Below, piece by piece: positions 22,396-28,942 of a stretch of DNA of 32,000 nt; the stretch's first letter is position 1; each line of letters begins with the position of its first letter. The notes below the pieces were generated by a model. It saw only the letters and a list, made by a program, of their open reading frames with translations, ran no database searches and was not told where the DNA came from. The DNA comes from Chlamydiota bacterium (lineage in GTDB: Bacteria > Auribacterota > JACPWU01), in the NCBI GenBank assembly GCA_016196885.1, contig JACPWU010000053.1, positions 1-32,000 of the forward strand. The letters run 5' to 3'. The translations under genes were made by a program, and so were the position numbers.

Positions 22396-23724
22396 TTACA
22401 TTCTATACTTCCTCAACTTCTCCCACAAGCCCGCCAAAGACAACTGTACATCCACTTGAGCACTTCCATCTTCCAAATAACGAGGCTCACTCACTTGAGC
22501 CCCCGCCAAAAAAGTTTGAACCTGGGCATGGATGTCGTCATTCTGAACGGTAAAGTCCTTCACCGTGGTTTGAGAATCAATCCTAACCCCATAAACCATT
22601 TCAGCTAAATTCCGCTTGGCGTCCATTTCAGCAGCCCTGGCAGCCGCTAGTTTGGCTTCCATTCCCGTTTGCCCTTCAGGTGGGATACCCGTCCCTGTCG
22701 CACTCACCACTTGGAGAGCCCACTCAGGGGTCGTGGGTTGGACCATGGCCACAGGTCCCTGCGCTTCTTGAGGAGCTGTCATGTATTTCTCAGGAGGAAC
22801 TCCTTCTCCCGTGACACGGATGACTTTCTTAGGATAAAAATCCAGAACCTCCTCAAACTTGGTGGTTCTCAAATGCTCATGAGCCCAATGATGATAAGGA
22901 TCGTAGTGAATGTACCAATCGCGAATGGTGGTCAACTCCTTCACCACCGTTTGAATCGCCACTTCCACATCCACTTGGCAAGTCCCATCGGGAAGATAAC
23001 GATAAGGTCCTGCAGTTCTCATCCCCTTGATAAAAGTATCTACCTTGGTTGTGACCTGATCGGACTCCGCCACAAAATCACGAACGTACGTATCAGCCGT
23101 GATCTGAAGTCCCTTGATTCGCTCCGCCATGTTGCGATAGGCATCTACCTTTGCTGCCCGTTCAGCCATCATACGGCCCTGAGCCGTCACACTCTCCCAA
23201 CCAGGAACTCCTGTACTGGGCACTGCGGAAACACTTTCACCCATGGGAGGAAGAGGAGCCTCACCTGGATTCAAACGAGGGGCCCCATGGCCGGTCTCAC
23301 GAATGACTTTTTGACGATTGACGGTGACCATTTGGTCGAATGAATACACGTGATCGTGGCACAAATGATGATACACGGTGTAAACCCTTTGCAACTGCTG
23401 CACCACTTCTTCCAAGGTTACCTCCACACTCACCTCAGCCGAGCCATCTTCAAAATAACGGGGAGGACCCACGCGAACACCCTTGATAAAAGTGTCCAGC
23501 TCTGTATTGATTTCATCGGCCTCGGCCACAAAATCACGAACATACGTGGTCGCATTGATCTGTAAACCTTTGATTCTTTCAGCCAAATTACGATAGGCAT
23601 CCGCTACGGCAGCCCGCTTCGCCAAAAGCTTTTCTTGCGCTGGTTGCAAGGCCCACGACGGACTGGCCATTACCCACGCAAAAGCAAACAACGTTAAAAC
23701 ACTCGCTAACTTTTTCATATACAC
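22396..23724 (-). CDS. secreted protein with three LPP20-like modules and two His clusters
   Basis: Signal peptide MYMKKLASVLTLFAFAWVMASPSWA. Three modules are present. Module 1: RAAVADAYRNLAERIKGLQINATTYVRDFVAEADEINTELDTFIKGVRV...YFEDGSAEVSVEV. Module 2: RAAKVDAYRNMAERIKGLQITADTYVRDFVAESDQVTTKVDTFIKGMRT...YLPDGTCQVDVEV. Module 3: RAAEMDAKRNLAEMVYGVRIDSQTTVKDFTVQNDDIHAQVQTFLAGAQV...YLEDGSAQVDVQL. Confidence 0.78.
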   Translation of the reverse strand: MYMKKLASVLTLFAFAWVMASPSWALQPAQEKLLAKRAAVADAYRNLAERIKGLQINATTYVRDFVAEADEINTELDTFIKGVRVGPPRYFEDGSAEVSVEVTLEEVVQQLQRVYTVYHHLCHDHVYSFDQMVTVNRQKVIRETGHGAPRLNPGEAPLPPMGESVSAVPSTGVPGWESVTAQGRMMAERAAKVDAYRNMAERIKGLQITADTYVRDFVAESDQVTTKVDTFIKGMRTAGPYRYLPDGTCQVDVEVAIQTVVKELTTIRDWYIHYDPYHHWAHEHLRTTKFEEVLDFYPKKVIRVTGEGVPPEKYMTAPQEAQGPVAMVQPTTPEWALQVVSATGTGIPPEGQTGMEAKLAAARAAEMDAKRNLAEMVYGVRIDSQTTVKDFTVQNDDIHAQVQTFLAGAQVSEPRYLEDGSAQVDVQLSLAGLWEKLRKYRM

Positions 23725-23773
23725 TCCCTCCTCTTTCGCTTTTGAACTTCAGATTTTATAGTCCCTGTAGGGA

Positions 23774-24289
23774 TTAAACCCTTGAACCTTCTATTTCCTC
23801 CCATTCCCCCTGAGAAATTTCTTCCGTTTTGTCATCCACCACATAAACTGGAACACCATAAACTCTCATACGCCGAGAAAAGCAAGCCTCATCATCACAC
23901 GGATGAACCAAGCTGACATCCAAAACCATCTTCACTTGAACCCCGCCATCTGGTAAATAAACTTTCTCGATCACCTTAGCACCGCGAATAAATCCTGTCT
24001 CAGAAATAATAGAAGAGCCATCTCTTAACTCTAGACTCATTCGAGAAAGGGTGCGGGCGAGATTGTAATAAGCCTTCACTTTTGCGGCTCGCTCAGCCAA
24101 GAGTCTGGCCTGGGCGAGAGAACGACCTTGAGGAGCTTCACCTCTTCCAAGCGCTTCAAGACTCATGCTTGAAGGACTTTGTTGAACGGTTTCGCGATTC
24201 ACAGTCACGATGACATCTTCCCCCTGTGCAAAACCGAATACTCCTTGTAAGAAGAAAAGTGTTGTTATTATAGAGCGAGCTTTTGTCAT
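23774..24289 (-). CDS. secreted protein with one LPP20-like module
   Basis: Signal peptide MTKARSIITTLFFLQGVFGFAQG. Module: ERAAKVKAYYNLARTLSRMSLELRDGSSIISETGFIRGAKVIEKVYLPDGGVQVKMVLDV. Confidence 0.7.
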   Translation of the reverse strand: MTKARSIITTLFFLQGVFGFAQGEDVIVTVNRETVQQSPSSMSLEALGRGEAPQGRSLAQARLLAERAAKVKAYYNLARTLSRMSLELRDGSSIISETGFIRGAKVIEKVYLPDGGVQVKMVLDVSLVHPCDDEACFSRRMRVYGVPVYVVDDKTEEISQGEWEEIEGSRV

Positions 24290-24338
24290 AAATCAATGCC
24301 TTTGTTGTCTTGGCCCTGTCCAATATACCGCAACTTTC

Positions 24339-24641
24339 TTAATAATAACACTCCTCATAATACACCGGACGATGATAATAAGAATAAGCAGGATACCGAT
24401 GCCAGCAATTGTGATAAGGATAGGGATATGCATCATAAACAGGCTGAGCAGGATAGCAAGGCTGTGCATAATAATAATCGCCATGAGAATGATAAGCAGA
24501 ATCCGCAATGATGGCACCTGTCACCAAACCCACGGCCGCTCCTGCTGCCGCCCAACCCCAATCATCTGAATGAGCATGAGAAGGAACTGCATTCATTAAA
24601 AAAAGACTGACAAGCGCTAAAACCAATATTGTTTTTTTCAT
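24339..24641 (-). CDS. small secreted Gly-zipper protein with a Tyr/Pro/His-rich tail
   Basis: I start it at the ATG at 24641, with GGAGG 8 nt upstream. Signal peptide MKKTILVLALVSLFLMNAVPSHA. Gly-zipper GWAAAGAAVGLVTGAIIA. Tail YHSHGDYYYAQPCYPAQPVYDAYPYPYHNCWHRYPAYSYYHRPVYYEECYY. First gene behind the sigma-54 promoter. Confidence 0.65.
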   Translation of the reverse strand: MKKTILVLALVSLFLMNAVPSHAHSDDWGWAAAGAAVGLVTGAIIADSAYHSHGDYYYAQPCYPAQPVYDAYPYPYHNCWHRYPAYSYYHRPVYYEECYY

Positions 24642-24672
24642 TTGACGAACCTCCATTTCTAAGTGTCAGAAA

Positions 24673-24688
24673 AGCAAAAAAGATGCCA
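24673..24688 (-). promoter_or_regulatory. sigma-54 (-24/-12) promoter
   Basis: The minus strand reads TGGCAT-CTTTT-TTGCT (consensus TGGCAC-N5-TTGCW). GG at 24687-24686 and GC at 24675-24674, exactly 10 nt between them. It lies about 20 nt upstream of the GGAGG of the first operon gene. Confidence 0.7.
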
Positions 24689-24805
24689 AACATAAAATAT
24701 TTCTATAACTCATTCTTGTGAAATGTGTTATATCTTTTCTTGCTTCAACCCGCAAAAAACGAATGTTTTAAAATGGAGCAAAATGTGGTAATAAACAAGT
24801 GTCTG

Positions 24806-24819
24806 AGTGCTTAAGCACT
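24806..24819. promoter_or_regulatory. perfect 14-bp palindrome AGTGCTTAAGCACT; candidate activator-binding site
   Basis: It lies 119 bp upstream of the -24 element on the operon side and 12 nt upstream of the activator gene ATG. Confidence 0.4.
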
Positions 24820-24830
24820 GATTTCGTCAC

Positions 24831-26363
24831 ATGCAAATCAACCAAATCATCAACGAATTAGGAAAAGAAAGCCTTGGAGAATTGATTAAGGTCAGTACCC
24901 TTATCAATTCTTCCCTAGACCTTTCTGAAATTCTGACCCATGTCATGGAGCTTACCAATAGATTGTTAAATTGCGAGGCAAGCTCTCTTCTTTTACTGAA
25001 TGAAAAAACCAATGAGCTCTCTTTTAAAACAGCCACAGGCGAAAAAGCTCAAGACATGAAGGCCTTCAATCTCAAAATGGGTCAAGGGATTGCGGGCTGG
25101 GTCGCTCAGAAGGAAAAGGCGGTGATTATTCCAGATGTTGAAAAAGATCCCCGCCATTTCAGCCAAGCCGATTCCAAAACCGGATTCAAAACCAAATCCA
25201 TTCTTTGCGTCCCCATGAAAGCCAAAGGTCAATTGATTGGTGTTTTGGAAGGGATTAACAAAAAAGAAAATTTAGTTTTTGATGAAGCGGATCTTTCCTT
25301 GGCTTCCATTCTTGCGGATCAAGCTGCGACGGCCATTCAAAATGCCAGGGTTTATGAAGAACTCCAGCAAGACCATGAAAATCTAAAAAAAGAAGTACGG
25401 CCCAAGCAAACATTGGTCGGAAAATCTAAAATTATTCAAGATATTTTAAAAATGGCAGGCCGAGCAGCTCAAGGAGATTCTACCCTCTTGATTCGCGGGA
25501 AAAGCGGCACGGGAAAAGAAATGCTTGCCCGCGCCATCCACCAATTGAGCCCACGATCCAACAAGCCTTTTGTTTGTGTCACGTGCTCTATTCTGACCCA
25601 GACACTCTTGGAGAGTGAACTTTTTGGCCACGAGAAGGGGGCCTTTACGGGAGCCGATTCCAGAAAAATCGGCCGATTTGAAATGGCTGATGGCGGGACG
25701 CTCTTCTTAGACGAAATCGGAACCCTGGCCCCAGAAACACAACTTCGACTCTTGAGAGTTCTTCAGGACAAGGAATTTGAACGCGTGGGTGGACGAGAAA
25801 CCATCAAGGTCAATGTACGCATCATCGCTGCCACCAATGAAGATTTGGAGAAAGGGATTCAGGAAAATAAATTTCGTGAGGACCTTTATTATCGCTTGAA
25901 GGTGATTGAGATTTTCATGCCTGAGCTGAAAGATCGATCTGAAGATATTCCGATTCTTGCCCAGCATTTTTTAGAAATTTACTCTCGTGAAATGGCCCGT
26001 CCTGTCAAAGGAATTTCTAAAGAAGCGATTGAAATTTTAAGAAATTATCACTGGCCAGGAAATGTTCGGGAACTGAAAAACACCATCGAGCGATCGGTCG
26101 TTTTAGGGTCCAGTGAATACATTGTCTCCGAGGACTTGACTACAGAAATTCGTCATCCCCGTGAGGGAGCTACATCGCTTCCTTCAAGAGAGGGTCCATC
26201 GCAACTTCCTTCCGGAAACACCCTTGAAGAAGCAGAAATTCGCCATATTCAGGAGATACTCGTCAAAACCAACGGCAATAAAAGCAAAGCCGCCGAACTC
26301 CTCGGCATTTCCAGAAATCGCCTCGACCGAAAATTGGCAGGGATTAAACCGGCCGCGAAATGA
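24831..26363 (+). CDS. sigma-54-dependent transcriptional activator (GAF - AAA+ - Fis-type HTH)
   Basis: N-terminal GAF-like domain. Walker A GKSGTGKE. The sigma-54 contact loop ESELFGHEKGAFTGA (GAFTGA). GGTLFLDEIG and RVIAATN. C-terminal HTH NKSKAAELLGISRNRLDRKL. Confidence 0.95.
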   Translation: MQINQIINELGKESLGELIKVSTLINSSLDLSEILTHVMELTNRLLNCEASSLLLLNEKTNELSFKTATGEKAQDMKAFNLKMGQGIAGWVAQKEKAVIIPDVEKDPRHFSQADSKTGFKTKSILCVPMKAKGQLIGVLEGINKKENLVFDEADLSLASILADQAATAIQNARVYEELQQDHENLKKEVRPKQTLVGKSKIIQDILKMAGRAAQGDSTLLIRGKSGTGKEMLARAIHQLSPRSNKPFVCVTCSILTQTLLESELFGHEKGAFTGADSRKIGRFEMADGGTLFLDEIGTLAPETQLRLLRVLQDKEFERVGGRETIKVNVRIIAATNEDLEKGIQENKFREDLYYRLKVIEIFMPELKDRSEDIPILAQHFLEIYSREMARPVKGISKEAIEILRNYHWPGNVRELKNTIERSVVLGSSEYIVSEDLTTEIRHPREGATSLPSREGPSQLPSGNTLEEAEIRHIQEILVKTNGNKSKAAELLGISRNRLDRKLAGIKPAAK

Positions 26364-26468
26364 GTCGAAAATATATTACATTGACAATGAAATATGCGTC
26401 ACAAAATATTTCATTCATAATGAAATGCTTTTAGGAAAATTTTCTAAAAATCATTACTTTCTATCCTA

Positions 26469-26497
26469 TTGACAACGCTGCAGGAATACCGTACACT
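26469..26497 (+). promoter_or_regulatory. sigma-70-type promoter of the ATPase gene (near-leaderless)
   Basis: TTGACA (26469-74), a 17-nt spacer, TACACT (26492-97). The ATG at 26506 is only 8 nt after the -10 and has no SD. Confidence 0.45.
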
Positions 26498-26505
26498 TTT
26501 GCATC

Positions 26506-27663
26506 ATGTTAAACAGATACGTTGAACTCCCTCTGAAACAATCCTTTTTTCTCTTTGGATCCCGCCAAACAGGGAAGAGCACGCTCATTCAAACGCACAC
26601 CCCTGAAAAGACTTGGAAGATAGACCTTCTTTCATCTGACCTTTTTTTTAAATACTCCAGAGACCCTTCTTTATTCCGTCAAGAGGCAGAGGAAAAGATT
26701 AAAAACGAAAAAATACATACTATTTTTGTAGATGAGATTCAGAGAGTCCCCATTCTGTTAAATGAAATTCAGTCATTGATGGGCCTATGGAATGGGCAAT
26801 TCATTCTGACAGGGTCTAGCGCAAGAAAACTTAAGAAAGGAGGCGCTAATTTATTGGCCGGAAGAGCCGTTGTCAAATATCTATTCCCCCTCATCTATGA
26901 AGAACTGAAAGATGGATTTAAGTTAGAAGAGGTTCTTCTCTTTGGAACCCTGCCTGCCATTTTGGGTAAAACAAAAGAGGAAAAAATTCAGATTCTCTCC
27001 ACCTATGCAAACACTTACCTAAGGGAAGAAATTCAGAGCGAAGGAATTGTCAGAAATCTAGGAGGATTTTCACGGTTTCTAGATTTGTCTGCAAGTCAGT
27101 CTGGAGAACTGGTCAGTTTCTCAGCCATTGGACGAGAATGCCATTTACCTACACGAACGGTTCAATCTTACTACGAAGTTTTAGAAGACACCCTAATCGG
27201 CTTTAGACTTGAGGCCTGGGAAAAATCAATCAGAAAACGTTTAGTCAGTCATCCTAAGTTCTATTTTTTTGATCTGGGCGTAACAAATGCGATCAACCGG
27301 TGTCTGAAAGGGGGATTGCCCTCGCCTCTCAAGGGACGGCTTTTTGAACAATTTGTTATTCTAGAAACCTATCGCCTACTCCATTATCATGAAAGTGAAG
27401 CGAGGCTTTTTTTCTGGAGAACCAATCATGGAGCTGAAGTTGATTTACTTATTGAAAAACATGGAGAAATGATCGGTGCCTTTGAAATCAAATCCTCTTC
27501 AAATATTGCAAAGGCGGATTTATCCGGTCTAAAATCCTTTCAAGAGGATTTTCCAAAAACACCTTGCGCCCTTGTCTCGACGGCAATCCATGCTTACCAA
27601 ATCGATTCGATCAAAATCTTGCCCTGGCAGGTTTATTTAGAGAAGATATCTTCCCTTCTATAA
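26506..27663 (+). CDS. AAA+ ATPase of the AAA_14/DUF4143 type
   Basis: 385 aa. Walker A FGSRQTGKSTLI and Walker B IFVDEIQ. The C-terminal region is typical of DUF4143-containing ATPases (FFWRTNHGAEVDLLIE). Confidence 0.8.
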   Translation: MLNRYVELPLKQSFFLFGSRQTGKSTLIQTHTPEKTWKIDLLSSDLFFKYSRDPSLFRQEAEEKIKNEKIHTIFVDEIQRVPILLNEIQSLMGLWNGQFILTGSSARKLKKGGANLLAGRAVVKYLFPLIYEELKDGFKLEEVLLFGTLPAILGKTKEEKIQILSTYANTYLREEIQSEGIVRNLGGFSRFLDLSASQSGELVSFSAIGRECHLPTRTVQSYYEVLEDTLIGFRLEAWEKSIRKRLVSHPKFYFFDLGVTNAINRCLKGGLPSPLKGRLFEQFVILETYRLLHYHESEARLFFWRTNHGAEVDLLIEKHGEMIGAFEIKSSSNIAKADLSGLKSFQEDFPKTPCALVSTAIHAYQIDSIKILPWQVYLEKISSLL

Positions 27664-27711
27664 AAGATAGAACCAGCGAATCAACGAATTTATATAAAAA
27701 TTTATTTGCTG

Positions 27712-27740
27712 TTGAAATCTTTTTTTAAACATATTAATAT
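27712..27740 (+). promoter_or_regulatory. sigma-70-type promoter of the RelE/RHH pair (near-leaderless) with palindrome ATATTAATAT
   Basis: TTGAAA (27712-17), a 17-nt spacer, TAATAT (27735-40). ATG at 27750, no SD. The 10-bp palindrome 27731-27740 overlaps the -10. Confidence 0.5.
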
Positions 27741-27749
27741 CTATATAGA

Positions 27750-28007
27750 ATGAAATATAGAATAGAACTCAGGAAATCCGCAGAAAAGGCTTTAGGCAAA
27801 CTTGATGCTAAAAAGCGGGGGTATGTTTATGTAAAGTTACTGGAATTAGGAGAAAATCCTCGGGACCGCAAATGCGAGAAATTAAAGGGGATTGAACAGG
27901 GTTATCGTAAGGTCGCGTGGCCTTATCGTATTTTGTACACGATTAATGACGAACATAAAATTGTAGACGTTTATTTAATTGCTCATAGAGAGGAGGCTTA
28001 TCGGTGA
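27750..28007 (+). CDS. RelE/ParE-family type II toxin
   Basis: 85 aa. The pattern YRIELRKSAEKALGKL...GENPRDRKCEKLKG..GYRKVAWPYRILYTINDEHKIVDVYLIAHREEAY matches the RelE/ParE signature. Confidence 0.85.
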   Translation: MKYRIELRKSAEKALGKLDAKKRGYVYVKLLELGENPRDRKCEKLKGIEQGYRKVAWPYRILYTINDEHKIVDVYLIAHREEAYR

Positions 28008-28228
28008 AAACAATTTCCATTGGGTTTGAAGACTCGTTATTTAATGAAATGAATGAAAAAGCAAAGATATTAAAAACAACACGTTCTGAACTCGTTCGGA
28101 ATGCCATCATGGAATATCTCTTTCGGTTTGACGAGATCTTAGACGCAAAAATGTTACAGCATGCGATTGAAAAAGATGAATCGAAAAAATCATTAAACCA
28201 AATTGCCCATGAACTTGGATTGGCGTAA
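28004..28228 (+). CDS. ribbon-helix-helix (CopG-like) antitoxin
   Basis: GTG start in a GTGA overlap with the toxin stop, with GAGGAGG 8 nt upstream. An N-terminal beta strand (KTISIGFEDSLFNEM) and helices (RSELVRNAIMEYL) fit RHH. Confidence 0.7.
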   Translation: MKTISIGFEDSLFNEMNEKAKILKTTRSELVRNAIMEYLFRFDEILDAKMLQHAIEKDESKKSLNQIAHELGLA

Positions 28229-28275
28229 GGCAATCCGTCTTATCCACTCGTTCCAAACAACCTAAAAAAACAATT

Positions 28276-28581
28276 TTACGCTGCTTGACCCAGCTTATAA
28301 ATGTGAACCTCTCGTTCAAGACGTTTGCCTAAATGGTCTTTTCCAATTTCTATATCGTACCTGACTTGCAGATTCATCCAAAAGCGTTCTGAGGTTCCGA
28401 AATAGCGTGAGAGTCTGAGGGCTGTATCTGTACTAATGCTACGGTCTCCATGCACAATTTCATTGATGCGGCGGGCAGGAACAGAAATATCCTTTGCAAG
28501 TCGGTATTGACTGATTCCCATCGGTCTTAAAAACTCTAACAACAATATTTCTCCTGGATGAACCGGGCTCATTTTTTTCAT
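28276..28581 (-). CDS. higA: HigA-family antitoxin (XRE-type HTH)
   Basis: PVHPGEILLLEFLRPMGISQYRLAKDISVPARRINEIVHGDRSISTDTALRLSRYFGTSERFWMNLQVRYD is the canonical HigA pattern. Confidence 0.9.
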   Translation of the reverse strand: MKKMSPVHPGEILLLEFLRPMGISQYRLAKDISVPARRINEIVHGDRSISTDTALRLSRYFGTSERFWMNLQVRYDIEIGKDHLGKRLEREVHIYKLGQAA

Positions 28582-28606
28582 TTTAATTGACTCCCTTTCC
28601 TAGGGT

Positions 28607-28888
28607 TTAATGATAATCAACCATCTCAACTCGATAGGCACGGCCATTCGCCCATTCAAAACAAATACGCCATTGTTTGTTAACCCGAATGCTATATTGA
28701 TCTCTTCTTTTACCAAGCAACTTTTCAAGATGATTAGAGGGTGGTATTCTTAGATCTTCCAAAACTTCGGCCGCATCCAGCAACATCAACTTCCTAAGCG
28801 CCGCAGCTTGAATATCCTGAGGTAATTTCCGAGAACCCTCTCGGCAAAATATTCGCTCAGTTTCTTTACATCTAAAATTTTCAATCAC
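28607..28888 (-). CDS. higB: HigB-family toxin (plasmid maintenance system killer type)
   Basis: (V)IENFRCKETERIF...LRKLMLLDAAEVLEDLRIPPSNHLEKLLGKRRDQYSIRVNKQWRICFEW..GRAYRVEMVDYH. I prefer the GTG at 28888 by analogy with MIKSF-type N-termini. The track start at 28942 is also a GTG. Confidence 0.8.
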   Translation of the reverse strand: MIENFRCKETERIFCREGSRKLPQDIQAAALRKLMLLDAAEVLEDLRIPPSNHLEKLLGKRRDQYSIRVNKQWRICFEWANGRAYRVEMVDYH

Positions 28889-28894
28889 AGGAGA

Positions 28895-28923
28895 ATAATA
28901 ACATGAGGCGTTAATAACGTCAA
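28895..28923 (-). promoter_or_regulatory. sigma-70-type promoter of higBA
   Basis: Minus strand: TTGACG (28923-18), a 17-nt spacer, TATTAT (28900-28895), then 6 nt to the GTG at 28888. Confidence 0.45.
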
Positions 28924-28942
28924 AAGGTATTCTTAAAAACAC

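Noticed and set aside
2975-23565. Long antisense ORFs in the track: 2975-3340, 4532-4900, 5223-5561, 6768-7181, 10752-11087, 11178-11648, 14768-15274, 19900-20718, 21419-22021, 22669-23343 and 23350-23565 on the plus strand, and several short minus-strand ones.
   Set aside because: Each lies entirely inside, and opposite to, a gene with strong family motifs. Their translations are low-complexity (Ser/Arg/His/Leu-rich) with no motifs or SD. They are typical shadow ORFs.
24210-24569. Alternative ORFs overlapping the Gly-zipper gene: 24210-24569 (+), 24296-24511 (+) and 24293-24517 (-).
   Set aside because: Only the 24339-24641 frame has an SD, a signal peptide and the sigma-54 promoter in front. 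The others are products of the biased Tyr/His/Pro codon composition.
26381-26426. TTGACA plus ATGAAATAT / ATATTTCAT inverted repeat and a third ATGAAAT upstream of the ATPase gene, considered as a second promoter/operator.
   Set aside because: The best -10 candidate (AAATAT) is weak, and the repeats are short A/T-rich words in A/T-rich DNA. This is not distinguishable from chance by eye.
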